From the NCBI GenBank assembly GCA_963729605.1, contig CAVSNY010000007.1, positions 288,001 to 352,000 on the forward strand: 64,000 nucleotides of DNA, given 5' to 3'. Each line of letters opens with the position of its first letter. Position 1 is the stretch's first letter. This DNA is from an uncultured Gammaproteobacteria bacterium. GTDB lineage: Bacteria; Pseudomonadota; Gammaproteobacteria; DRLM01. Both the position numbers and the translations under genes were made by a program. Shown here one piece after another: positions 1 to 10,300 of the stretch. The notes below the pieces were generated by a model. It had not been told where the DNA came from. It saw nothing but the letters and a program-made list of their open reading frames with translations, and did no database searches.

Positions 1-131
1 ACAAATACGGTTTCATGACCGGCGACCGCCTCGCCGTGCATGCCAACGGCCATCCTTATACCGGTGCCCTGGGCGAGGCCAGTTTAATTAAACCCGACTT
101 CACCGTGTTCGAATTGCATACCGCCGAATAA
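1..131 (+). CDS. 3' end of a CDS entering the window (unknown product)
   Basis: Open frame KYGFMTGDRLAVHANGHPYTGALGEASLIKPDFTVFELHTAE ending TAA at 129-131, with host-like codon usage. Confidence 0.55.
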   Translation, partial: KYGFMTGDRLAVHANGHPYTGALGEASLIKPDFTVFELHTAE

Positions 132-409
132 CATGGCCGCCTTGGCCGGCGCGAACGGGTTGGGAAAATTCGAGATTCGTCACGGGAAATTTTCGCTGGT
201 TCACCACGGCCGCCGCCGTTGACGATATTGAATACCTGGCGACGACCCAGTCCGGACCGATCCTGTTCCCCGGCAAAATTTATTTGCGGTAAGCGCGCCG
301 CTTATCTAAGCTTTTCCGCCGGCTCAGGGATTGTATACCACCCTCTTTCAGACCCGGCCTTGAGCGCGGAAACCATTTTCGCGATCACCGGTCAGGCTTA
401 AGGTGTATT

Positions 410-1747
410 GTGTCGGAAGGCGGCCGGGCGTTCCCGGTGTACGGATCAATGGAGAGTCGGGTGCGCACCTTGAGCTGGTTTTTCATATTGTGGATGGGAT
501 GGGCGACCGGCGCCGCCGCGGCCCCGCTGACCTTGATTTATTCCGGCAATCTCAACGGCGAGTTGGAACCTTGCGGGTGCAGCGTGGAAGGCAATCTCGG
601 CGGCCTGCTGCGGCGCGCTACCGTCATTGACCGGCTGCGCGCCGAGAATCCCGATCTGTTTCTGGTGTCCGGCGGCGGACTGATGAGCGGCTTCGCCGCC
701 AACGGCCGTCTCACCAACGAATACATCCTCAAAGGTTTCGCCGCGCTCGGTTATGACGCGCTGGGCGTGCAGTGGAGCGACCTCACCTACGGCGCCGACT
801 TGCCGGCGCTGAATCCCTTGCCGTGGGTGGCGAGCAATTGGCGGGGCGAGCAGTTTCCCAGGCAGCGCACCGTCACGCGCGGCGGACAAGATTTAAGTTT
901 CTTCACCTGGCTGGATACCGCCAACTCGCCGGACCAGGCGATGTTGGGCGATCATGCGCAAGCCAGCGCTGATACCCGTGATCTGGCCGCCGGCCTGGCA
1001 CGGGCCCGCCGCGCGGGCGCGCTCACCGTGCTCTCCACCACCCTCGATTTGGCGGCGGCCGAGCGGCAATTGCCGCTGGAACATGTCGACGTGCTGCTGA
1101 TCCGCGCCAACTACGAAACCTATGGCGAACCGCAACGGCGCGGCCGCACCCTGGTTCTACAAGCGGGCTCGCGGGGCATGCGCCTCGGACGCGTCGACTT
1201 GCAGCGCGATGCCGACGGTGTGATTACGGAATGGCGGCACACGGTGATCCCCATGCCGCCCAGCGTGCCCGATGCCCCGCGGCTGGCGGCCTGGTACGCT
1301 GAATACAACGCCAAGATAAAAGAGGCTTATGCGCGGGCCGTGGCCTTGCGCAAGGCCCAAGAGCAGGGCCAGACCCCCTACGCCGGCGAAAGCGAATGCA
1401 AGACCTGTCACCGCGCGGCTTACGACACATGGAACGCGTCGCGCCACGCCCAGGCCTTCCTGACTCTCGAAGAGGTGAACAAATCCTTCGATCCCTATTG
1501 CATCGAGTGCCACACCGTGGGCTTCAAGGAGGCCGGCGGATTCATCGACATAGATGTCACCGCGCAGTTGAGCAACGTGCAGTGCGAGTCCTGCCATGGC
1601 GCGGCCCGCGACCACGTCGCCTCCGCCGGCGTCAAGCCGGTGGGCAAGGCCGGCCTGTCCGGCCCGCAGATGTGCGCGCAATGCCACACCCAGCCCCACA
1701 GCCCGTCCTTCGATTTCAGTAAATACTGGCCGCGCATCGCTCACTAA
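410..1747 (+). CDS. UshA-like (5'-nucleotidase-fold) domain fused to a tetraheme c554-like cytochrome c
   Basis: Signal-peptide-like N-terminus, GELEPCGC...GGLLRRAT motif, four CxxCH motifs (CKTCH, CIECH, CESCH, CAQCH); true start may be ATG 449. Confidence 0.85.
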   Translation: MSEGGRAFPVYGSMESRVRTLSWFFILWMGWATGAAAAPLTLIYSGNLNGELEPCGCSVEGNLGGLLRRATVIDRLRAENPDLFLVSGGGLMSGFAANGRLTNEYILKGFAALGYDALGVQWSDLTYGADLPALNPLPWVASNWRGEQFPRQRTVTRGGQDLSFFTWLDTANSPDQAMLGDHAQASADTRDLAAGLARARRAGALTVLSTTLDLAAAERQLPLEHVDVLLIRANYETYGEPQRRGRTLVLQAGSRGMRLGRVDLQRDADGVITEWRHTVIPMPPSVPDAPRLAAWYAEYNAKIKEAYARAVALRKAQEQGQTPYAGESECKTCHRAAYDTWNASRHAQAFLTLEEVNKSFDPYCIECHTVGFKEAGGFIDIDVTAQLSNVQCESCHGAARDHVASAGVKPVGKAGLSGPQMCAQCHTQPHSPSFDFSKYWPRIAH

Positions 1748-1779
1748 AGACCGAGCCGCGGGTGTTGGGAAGGATCGCC

Positions 1780-2378
1780 CTAGAGCCTATCTCAAAATTG
1801 GGATATAGACTTCAAGCAGGTTAAGCGTTTGCGCTCCATATCAGTATTTCTCGGGAAATAATCAAGGCAAGATGAAAAACCGTTGCATCACTCCCCTCCT
1901 CTTTGAGGAGGGGTGGCGCGTTAGCGCCGGGGTGGTGAGGCCGTGAATTCAAAAAGTGCGGTGAACAATTGACTGTTCCACGGTGCATCAACCACCCCGC
2001 CCCTGCGGGGCACCCCTCCTTGTACAAGGAGGGGAGATTCTGTTCCTGAATTTGCAGCCCCTAAATTTACGAAGCGCCGCATTCACTCTCCTAGCGCAGC
2101 GGTTCGTAATTCACTCTCCTAGCGCAGCGCTTCGCAACGGATGGAATATTCGCTCTGCGATGTAAAGATCACACTTTCATCACTCCCCTCCTCTTTGAGG
2201 AGGGGTGGCGCGTTAGCGCCGGGGTGGTGAGGCCGTGAATTCAACAAGTGCGGTGAACAAATGACTGTTGCATGGTGCATCAACCACCCCGCCCCTGCGG
2301 GGCACCCCTCCTTGTACAAGGAGGGGAGATTCCTGTTCCTGACTTTGCAGTCTCTGAATTTACGAAGCGCTACTCTAG
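1780..2378. repeat. Tandem pair of about 190-bp REP-doublet units bounded by CTAG-ended MITE-like termini
   Basis: ~1886-2077 and ~2178-2370 are near-identical (CCCCTCCTCTTTGAGGAGGGG...CCCCTCCTTGTACAAGGAGGGG). The left end CTAGAGCCTATCTCAAAATT matches the TIR at 5945-5969. CTAGCGCAGCGCTTCG at ~2119 is inverted to CGAAGCGCTACTCTAG ending 2378. Confidence 0.85.
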
Positions 2379-3760
2379 GTTTCGCCATTCCGGTCGGTAC
2401 GCACATGCGGACGGGAGAAGTAGTCGTCCTGAAGTTTGCGCGCCAAACCGGCCAGTAAAATCAGACACAGCAGATTGGGCAGGGCCATGAGGATATTGGT
2501 GATGTCCGCCAGGTTCCACACCAGCGGCAGGGGCACCGCGGCGCCGACCACCACCATCACGGTATACACCAGCCGGTAAGGCTGGACCGCCCGTTCGCCG
2601 AATAAAAACTTGGCGGCGCGGTCGCCGTAATACGACCAGGAAATAATCGTCGAGAAGGCGAACAGGCAAAGCCCGATGCCCACCACCCACGCCCCGCCCT
2701 GGCCCAGCACCTGGCTGAAGGCATACGCGGTGAGCGCGCCGCCCACCACGTCCTCGGGGCGGGTGAGGTAGGCGCCGGTGACCACGATCACCAGGCCGGT
2801 CATGGTGCAGATCACGATGGTGTCGATGAACGGCTCCAGCATCGCCACCAGGCCTTCGCGCACCGGCTCGTTGGTGCGCGCGGCGGCGTGGGCCATGGGT
2901 GAGGAACCGAGTCCGGCCTCGTTGGAGAACAGGCCGCGCGCCACGCCCCAGCGGATGGCCTCGCCCACCGCCGCGCCGCCCACCGCCCATGGATTGAGGG
3001 CGTGATTGACGATGGTGAACAGGGCGGCGGGAATGTCGGCGATGTAGTTGACCAGCACCAGCAGGGCGCCGGCCACGTAGAAGATCGCCATGAACGGCAC
3101 CAGCGCGCTGGCGAATTTGGCGATGCGTTTCACCCCGCCGACGATCACCAGGCCGACCAGGATCGCCATCACCACGCCCAGCAGCCAGCCGTCTTTTTTG
3201 ATTTCGGGAAAGATGAAGCCCAGGCCGTCCACCACCGAGTTGGCCTGCACCATGTTGCCGATGCCGAAGGAGGCGATGAGGGCGAAGCTGGCGAACAGCG
3301 TCGCCAGCTTGGGCATGTTGAGACCGTGCAGAAGGGTGTACATCGGTCCGCCCGCCACGCTGCCGTCGGGGGCGACTTCGCGGAATTTGAGGGCGAGGGT
3401 GCATTCGGTGAACTTGGTGGCCATGCCAATGAAGGCGGTCACCCACATCCAGAACAAGGCGCCGGGTCCGCCGAGGGTGATGGCGGTGGCCACCCCGGCG
3501 ATGTTGCCGGTGCCCACCGTGGCGGACAGCGCGGTGGAGAGGGCTTGAAAGTGCGAGACCTCGCCCACGTCTTTATTGCTGCTGTAACGGCCGGCGACCA
3601 GATGGGTGGCGTGGCGGAAGCCGCGGATTTGAATCAGCCCCATTCGTATCGTGAGATAGACCCCGGTGCCGAGCAGCGCGATCAGGGTGAAGGGATTTTG
3701 CCAAAGCAGGCCGGAGAGTCGGCCGGTGAGGTCGGTGAGGGTCTGAATGAAGTTTTCCAA
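2375..3760 (-). CDS. Alanine/glycine:cation symporter (AGCS/AlsT family)
   Basis: Motifs ALSATVGTGNIAGVA, GGPGALFWMW and RGLFSNEAGLGS; TTG start at 3760 with a GGAGAGG RBS. Confidence 0.93.
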   Translation of the reverse strand: MENFIQTLTDLTGRLSGLLWQNPFTLIALLGTGVYLTIRMGLIQIRGFRHATHLVAGRYSSNKDVGEVSHFQALSTALSATVGTGNIAGVATAITLGGPGALFWMWVTAFIGMATKFTECTLALKFREVAPDGSVAGGPMYTLLHGLNMPKLATLFASFALIASFGIGNMVQANSVVDGLGFIFPEIKKDGWLLGVVMAILVGLVIVGGVKRIAKFASALVPFMAIFYVAGALLVLVNYIADIPAALFTIVNHALNPWAVGGAAVGEAIRWGVARGLFSNEAGLGSSPMAHAAARTNEPVREGLVAMLEPFIDTIVICTMTGLVIVVTGAYLTRPEDVVGGALTAYAFSQVLGQGGAWVVGIGLCLFAFSTIISWSYYGDRAAKFLFGERAVQPYRLVYTVMVVVGAAVPLPLVWNLADITNILMALPNLLCLILLAGLARKLQDDYFSRPHVRTDRNGET

Positions 3761-3794
3761 AAGCGCGTCCTCTCCCAGCGCGGATGATGGCGCG

Positions 3795-3800
3795 ATTATA
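3795..3800 (-). promoter_or_regulatory. Putative sigma70 -10 box of the symporter gene
   Basis: Perfect TATAAT about 35 bp upstream of the start. Confidence 0.45.
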
Positions 3801-3865
3801 CGGGCGGCGCGCAAAAAAAATATGCTACCGTTCGAAAAATTCATCCGCGATGCGGAAAATAAGCG

Positions 3866-4040
3866 ATGGCTTCCCTTGATCCATTGCTCGATCTCATGGT
3901 CACGCCGGGCGAGGCCAACCGCCGTTTCGAGCGGCGCTTCCGCTACATCGAAGCGGCTTTGGCGGAACGCGGCAAGGGCCTCGCGCAATCGAATCCGGCG
4001 GAAATGGAAACCTTGTGGCCACAGGCGAACATGCAAGAGC
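3866..4040 (+). pseudogene. mazG: Internally deleted mazG (nucleoside triphosphate pyrophosphohydrolase) remnant
   Basis: MASLDPLLDLM resembles the MazG N-terminus and is joined directly to the MazG C-terminal ANRRFERRFRYIEAALAERGKGLAQSNPAEMETLW. Confidence 0.7.
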
Positions 4041-4226
4041 GGTCCAGTGGGTGGCCCGTATCTGGCGGACCACGATGCGTGACGGCGAGGCGCGCCTCGG
4101 CCGCGATGAACGCATTCGCGCCCGGTGGTTTTCCGCGAATAAAGTAAAGCGCGGCGGCGGCCGTAAAATCTTGGCGTGGACTTATAATGCGCAAGATAAA
4201 GCCGAGGCTGCGCGGATCCCCCTCTC

Positions 4227-5621
4227 ATGAGCAAACAACAGGTCTTGACCCGAGCCAAAAAAAAGCAAGCCCTGGTCTGCGTGCAATCCCGGCGTTTGCC
4301 GGACGCCCTGACCCTTTATCGAGAAATCTGCGAGCATAACCCGCGAGACGCAGAGGCCTGGTTCATGCTCGGCATTGTGTATGTCCGAGTGGGCGACATC
4401 GCCGCCGCGGAAACGGCCTTGCGCCGGACGCTGCACCTATTGCCCGACTTCGCCCAGGCCCAGCTCAATCTCGGCCACGTCCTCGAATTGCAGGGCAAGC
4501 TCGCCGAGGCCGAGGCGTGTTATCGGCGCGCGGTCGCCATCAAACCGGCGTTGGCCGACAGCCATGAATTCTTGGGACGGCTGTACCGGCAGCGCGGCGA
4601 CCTGCCCGCCGCGCTGCGCCATTATCAACAAGCCGCCGCGCTCCTGCCCGCGCGGGCGGGCGCGCGGCGCGCGGTGATCCATTTCCGGCTCGCCGCGCTT
4701 TACGATGAAGTCGGTGAATACGATCAGGCCTACGCCCAGCTTCGGCAGGGCCATCAATGCCGGCCCGGGAATTTCGATCGCGCCGCCTGGGCGCGACGCA
4801 TCGACGACATCATGCGGACTTTCAGCGGCGAGGCCATTGCCCGGGCGCCGCGCGCCGGCAATTGCAGCGAGCGGCCGCTGTTGGTGGTGGGTCTGCCGCA
4901 CGCCGGCACTGAGCGGGTCGCGCAACTCTTGACCGCGCACCCCGCCGTGGCCGACGGCGGGACATCGACCCTCCTTGCCGATTTGGCGCTGGCGTGTGAA
5001 ATGAGCTGCGCCACTATTCCCGGCGGCGCGGGCATCACCGGGCTCAAACGTGAACAGTGCGATGAACTCGCGCAGCCTTATCTCGATGAACTGGCGCGCG
5101 TCGCGCCCGCGGCGTCGCGGGTGATCGACGGCGCGCCGGACAATTTTCTGCACCTCGGCTTGCTCCCGTTGCTATTGCCGATGGCCCGCGTCATCCACTG
5201 CGTGGGCGATTCCCTCGACACCTGTTTATCCTGCTACTTTGAAGATGGCGGTGCCGGCCGCGAGTACGCCCGCGATTTGGCGGACCTGGGATTTTATTAC
5301 CGCCACTACCGGCGTTTGATGACGCACTGGAAACAAGTCCTGGGCGTGCCTTTGCTCGAGGTGAGTTACGAAGACCTGGTGCGGCATCCTGAGCGAGTGG
5401 CGCGCGAGCTGCTGAAATTCTGCGGCCTCAAGTGGGACGCGCGCTGTCTGGCGGCGCTGCGTGATGATGGTTCGGCGGATCAGCCATCCGGCGCGCCGTT
5501 GGAAAACGCCGGGCGGACCATCGGTCGCTGGCGACATTACCAGACGCATCTTGAAGATTTGCAACGCGCCTTGACCGATCCCGAGAAGTCAAACGAAGCG
5601 GATGATCCGTCCGCTCTTTGA
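4227..5621 (+). CDS. TPR-repeat sulfotransferase family protein
   Basis: N-terminal TPRs; C-terminal sulfotransferase motifs (PDNFLHLGL, DTCLSCY, VSYEDLV, IGRWRHY). Confidence 0.85.
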   Translation: MSKQQVLTRAKKKQALVCVQSRRLPDALTLYREICEHNPRDAEAWFMLGIVYVRVGDIAAAETALRRTLHLLPDFAQAQLNLGHVLELQGKLAEAEACYRRAVAIKPALADSHEFLGRLYRQRGDLPAALRHYQQAAALLPARAGARRAVIHFRLAALYDEVGEYDQAYAQLRQGHQCRPGNFDRAAWARRIDDIMRTFSGEAIARAPRAGNCSERPLLVVGLPHAGTERVAQLLTAHPAVADGGTSTLLADLALACEMSCATIPGGAGITGLKREQCDELAQPYLDELARVAPAASRVIDGAPDNFLHLGLLPLLLPMARVIHCVGDSLDTCLSCYFEDGGAGREYARDLADLGFYYRHYRRLMTHWKQVLGVPLLEVSYEDLVRHPERVARELLKFCGLKWDARCLAALRDDGSADQPSGAPLENAGRTIGRWRHYQTHLEDLQRALTDPEKSNEADDPSAL

Positions 5622-5969
5622 CTAGAATCGATCTCAAAATCGACTGTGAGCATATTCAACGGGCGGGTCGCCCATGACGATGGCTTATTTGCCGACGAGC
5701 GCTGTCTTGCAATCCCCGTTGCGATTTTTTACGAGAGACTGACAACTGGGGCAAGCAATATTCAGTTAGGCACAGAAAAATTCAGAACAGATACCCTCTC
5801 CCGCGGGCGGGAGAGGGATAGGGTGAGGGGAGAGAGGGAAGCAGGATGCCCTGGTATCGTGACGGTGGTTGTCCGACCACCCTCACCCCTTCCCCTCTCC
5901 CGCCCGCGGGAGAGGGGGAATGACGCCTCCGGTTTGGGATTTTTGTTCCAATTTTGAGATAGGTTCTAG
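5622..5969. mobile_element. MITE-like element (about 350 bp) with CTAG ends enclosing a REP-like doublet
   Basis: TIRs CTAGAATCGATCTCAAAAT / ATTTTGAGATAGGTTCTAG; internal inverted CCCTCTCCCGCGGGCGGGAGAGGG palindromes at 5794-5830 and 5881-5917. Confidence 0.75.
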
Positions 5970-6008
5970 AAAAAATAGGTGATGCGGATTGCATCTGCTC
6001 TTTGAAGT

Positions 6009-6141
6009 CCCCCTCCCCTTTTCAGGGAAGGGCGCGGGCGGGGCCGTTCGACTAAATCAGATCTTGCCTGGGAGCCATCTCAAAATGCATCGCCGCATTT
6101 CTGCATGTTCTCTTCACCCCTCTCCCCGGGCGGGAGAGGGG
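6009..6141. repeat. Degenerate CCCTCTCCC...GGGAGAGGG REP-like pair
   Basis: Palindromes at ~6009-6045 and ~6114-6141, plus a TIR-like GAGCCATCTCAAAAT at ~6072. Confidence 0.55.
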
Positions 6142-6159
6142 ATGATTTTGCGATGGGTT

Positions 6160-7119
6160 CTAATAAGCTTCCCGCCCATGCGGCGCATTGAAATCCAATA
6201 ACGGGCCCTTGGGCACGATGCCGCTGGGATTGATGGTGGGATGGCTGCGGTAATAATGGGTCTTGATGTGCGCCATGTTCACCGTGTCGGCCACCCCCGG
6301 CACTTGATACAAATCGCGCAGGTAAGCCCATAAATGCGGATAATCGGCGATCCGCCGCAGATTGCATTTGAAGTGGGAATAATACACCGCGTCGAAACGC
6401 AGCAGGGTCGTGAACAAACGCCAGTCGGCGGCGGTGAGGCGCGCGCCCAATAAATAACGTTGCCGTGCGAGGCGCTCTTCCAATTTATCGAGGGTAACGA
6501 ACAAGTCGTCGAACGCCTCTTCATAGGCCGCCTGCCGCGTGGCGAAGCCGGCCTTGTACACGCCGTTGTTGACGTGATCGTAGATCTCGGCGTTGAGCGC
6601 ATCCATCTCCGCGCGCAGTTCGGCGGTGAAGAAATTCACCGTCGCGTCGCCGTAGGCGTCGAAGGCGTCATTGAACATCTCGATGATTTCGGCGGATTCG
6701 TTGTTGACGATGGTGCGGGTCTGTTTGTCGAACAGCACCGGCACGGTGACCCGCCCGCTGTAATCGGCTTGCACCGCGGTGTAGACGTGATGCAGATAAT
6801 CGAAGCCGTTCACCGTGTCGGGAATGCAGCCTGGCGCGTCGCTGAAGCGCCAGCCCTGTTCGCCCATATACGGATCGACGACGGACAGTGAGATCACGTC
6901 TTCGAGTTTTTTCAATTTGCGGAAAATCAGCGTGCGGTGCGCCCACGGGCAGGCCAGCGACACGTACAGATGATAACGGCCGGGGACGGCGGGATAACCG
7001 GAACCGCCATCCGCCGTCACCCGGCCGTGAAACGCGCTGTCGGGGCGGACGAAGCGCCCGCCGGTTTCTTCGGTGGCGTACCATTGGTTCCGCCATTGCC
7101 CATTGACGAGTAGACCCAC
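6160..7119 (-). CDS. yqjG: Glutathionyl-hydroquinone reductase (omega/xi-like GST, YqjG family)
   Basis: GRYHLYVSLACPWAHR, RVTVPVL, NNESAEI, NNGVYKAGFA, INPSGIVP. Confidence 0.93.
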   Translation of the reverse strand: MGLLVNGQWRNQWYATEETGGRFVRPDSAFHGRVTADGGSGYPAVPGRYHLYVSLACPWAHRTLIFRKLKKLEDVISLSVVDPYMGEQGWRFSDAPGCIPDTVNGFDYLHHVYTAVQADYSGRVTVPVLFDKQTRTIVNNESAEIIEMFNDAFDAYGDATVNFFTAELRAEMDALNAEIYDHVNNGVYKAGFATRQAAYEEAFDDLFVTLDKLEERLARQRYLLGARLTAADWRLFTTLLRFDAVYYSHFKCNLRRIADYPHLWAYLRDLYQVPGVADTVNMAHIKTHYYRSHPTINPSGIVPKGPLLDFNAPHGREAY

Positions 7120-7382
7120 GTTATTTCCCCTGTCGAATAAGGGCGCGTCGCCGCGCCTGGGCGGCAGGTGCGCCGCTGTTGAGTTGAAGAGACCGTGTTC
7201 GGCGTGGCGACGGTTATCTTACGGAAGCCGTGCGCGCGCGGCTACCCGGCGTGAAGTAAGTATTTCGCGCCACGCGGGCCGGGCAGTTTTTCCGGCCCAA
7301 ACACCTGTAAAATACCGGCTGCCCGTCATGGGCTGCCGCATGGCCGGGCTGACCGCCGGCCGTTCAATGAGTAACGACAGCC

Positions 7383-10300
7383 TTGGATCCACGACAGCGT
7401 TTTCAAGCCCTCAACGCCGAAATTTCCCTCTGCTTGCGCCGCGATCAGCACCGCCTGGCGCGGCGGCTGGCCGCGCTGCGCCGGCGGGATGACGCCGCTG
7501 GGCAGGAATCCGCCTGGCAAACGCTGGCGGCGGAGATCGCCGCGTCGCGCGAACGGCGCGCGCGGCGCTTGGCCGCCTTGCCGGTGCCGACCTTTCCCGA
7601 AGAGTTGCCGGTCTCGCAAAAACGCGACGACATCGCGCAGGCGATCGCCGCCCATCAAGTGGTGATCGTCTGCGGCGAGACCGGTTCGGGCAAGACCACC
7701 CAGTTGCCGAAGATTTGCCTGGCGCTGGGCCGCGGCGTCGCGGGCCTGATCGGCCACACCCAGCCGCGGCGCATCGCGGCGCGCAGTCTGGCGGCACGCA
7801 TCGCCGAGGAATTGCATACGCCGCTGGGACAAGTGGCGGGTTATCAAGTGCGCTTCAGCGATCAGGTCGGCGAAGACGCCTACATCAAGGTGATGACCGA
7901 CGGCATCCTGCTCGCCGAGATTCAAGGCGACCGTTTCCTCGACCGCTACGACACGCTGATCATCGACGAGGCACATGAGCGCAGCCTCAATATCGATTTT
8001 CTGCTGGGTTATCTCAAACAGTTGCTGCCCAAGCGGCCCGATCTGAAAGTGATCATCACCTCGGCGACCATCGACCCGCAACGCTTCTCAAAACATTTCA
8101 ACGACGCGCCCATCATCGAAGTTTCGGGCCGCACCTATCCGGTGGAACTGCGTTACCGGCCCTTGTTGAGCGAAGACGAGGACGGCCGCGACCGCGATAT
8201 GCAACAGGCGATACTGGAGGCGGTGGACGAATTGGCGCGCCACGGCGCCGGCGATGTGCTGATTTTCCTCAGCGGCGAACGCGAGATTCGCGAGACGGCG
8301 GAAGCGTTGCGCAAACATCATCCGCCGCACACCGAGATCATTCCCTTGTACGCGCGCTTGTCCGCCGCCGATCAGAACAAGGTTTTTCAAACCCACGCCG
8401 GCCGGCGTATCGTGCTCGCCACCAATGTGGCGGAGACTTCGCTCACCGTGCCCGGCATCAAATACGTCGTCGATCCCGGGCTGGTGCGCATCAGCCGCTA
8501 CAGCCATCGCGCCAAAGTTCAACGTTTGCCCATCGAGCCGGTGTCGCAGGCCTCGGCCAACCAGCGCGCGGGACGCTGCGGGCGGGTCAGCGCCGGCGTG
8601 TGCATCCGGCTTTACGCCGAAGACGATTTCAACCGGCGCCCGCTGTTCACCGATCCTGAAATCCTGCGCACCCATCTCGCGGCGGTGATCCTGCAAATGA
8701 CCGCCTTGGGTTTCGGCGACGTGGCGGGTTTCCCGTTCATCGAGCCGCCCGACGGCCGCCAGGTCAACGCCGCCTATCAAACCCTGCTGGAACTGGGCGC
8801 GGTGGATGAGCGGCGCGCGCTCACCCAGATCGGCCGCGAACTGGCGGGCCTGCCGGTCGATCCGCGCCTCGGCCGCATGCTGCTCGCCGCGCGGGAGTTC
8901 CACTGCCTCAGCGAAATGCTGGTGATCGTCGCCGCGCTGGCGGTGGCCGATCCGCGCGAACGGCCCATCGACAAACAACAGGCCGCCGACGAAAAACACG
9001 CGCGCTACGTCGATCCCCATTCGGATTTCATGGCCTATCTCAAATTGTGGGCGCATTATCACGAGCAGGCGCGGCACTTGAGCAAGAGTCAGTTGCGCAA
9101 ATATTGCCAGGAGAATTTTCTCTCCTACGTGCGGCTGCGCGATTGGCACGACATTCACGCCCAACTCACCGGCGCCGTCAAACAGCTGGGCGTGCGGCTC
9201 AATCAAGAGGCCGCCGATTATCAGGCCATCCATCGCGCCTTGTCGTGCGGACTGCTGGGCCAGATCGGCATGAAGGGCGAGACGCAGGAATATCTCGGCG
9301 CGCGCGGCATCAAGTTTCATATCTTTCCCGGCTCGGCCCTGTTTAAAAAACCGCCCAAGTGGGTGGTGGCGGGCGAGCTGGCGGAAACGGCGCGCCTCTA
9401 CGCGCGTTGCGCGGCGCGCATCGAACCCGAGTGGCTGGAGACACTCGCGGCGCATCTGGTCAAACGCCATTACTCCGAACCGCGCTGGGAGAAAAAACCG
9501 GCGGCGGTGATGGTGGTGGAGCGGGTGACCTTGTACGGGCTGCCCATCGTCGCCGGCCGCAAGGTGCAATACGGTCCCATCAATCCGGTCGAGGCGCGCG
9601 AGCTCTTTATTCGCCACGCCCTGGTGGAAGGCGAATACGAAACCCGCGCGCCGTTCTTCGCGCACAATCAGGCGCTGATTCACGACGTGGAAGGACTCGA
9701 ACACAAGGTGCGCCGCCACGACATCCTGGTGGATCCGGAGGTGCTGTATGCCTTTTACGAGGAACGGCTGCCCGCCGGCCTGAGCGACGGCCGCGGCTTC
9801 GAGCGCTGGCGCAAAGAGGCGGAGCAACGCGATCCGCGTTTATTGTTCCTCAATAAAGAGTATTTGATGCGCCGCCAGGCCGCGGAGATCACCGAGGCGC
9901 AGTTTCCCGATCATCTGCTCTTCAACGGCGTGCGTTTGAATCTGGATTATCATTTCGAGCCCGGCCATGACGCCGACGGCGTGACGGTCAGCGTGCCGCT
10001 GGCCTTACTCAATCAATTGGACGCGGCGCGTTTCGAATGGCTGGTGCCCGGTTTGCTGCGCGATAAAATCATCGCGCTGATAAAGGCGCTGCCCAAATCC
10101 TTGCGGCGCAATTTCGTGCCCGCGCCCAATTTCGCCGACGCCTGTTTGCAGGCCATCGTGCCGGGCCAGGGTGCGCTGCTTGACGTGCTGACGCGGCAAT
10201 TGAAGCGGATGACCGGCGTCGAAATTCCGGCCGATGCCTGGCAACTCGCCGGCCTGCCGGCGCATCTGCTGATGAATTTCAAAGTGGTGGCGGTGGACGG

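Noticed and set aside
1886-2370. Possible CRISPR array from the repeated palindromes
   Set aside because: Only two ~190-bp units with near-identical 'spacers', no regular 23-47 bp repeat/unique spacer period, and no cas genes
3761-3870. Glycine riboswitch upstream of the AGCS symporter
   Set aside because: GGAGAG is just the RBS; no CCGAAG/CTCAGG aptamer elements, and the promoter is too close
3761-4258. N-terminal extension of the 627-aa symporter ORF
   Set aside because: Non-homologous Arg-rich sequence; an RBS and -10 box lie at 3760-3800 and the region holds the mazG remnant on the other strand
8088-9827. 579-aa antisense ORF (and similar long shadows such as 33262-34746, 42282-43487, 52912-54081)
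   Set aside because: They lie antisense to well-supported genes and are typical of high-GC codon bias
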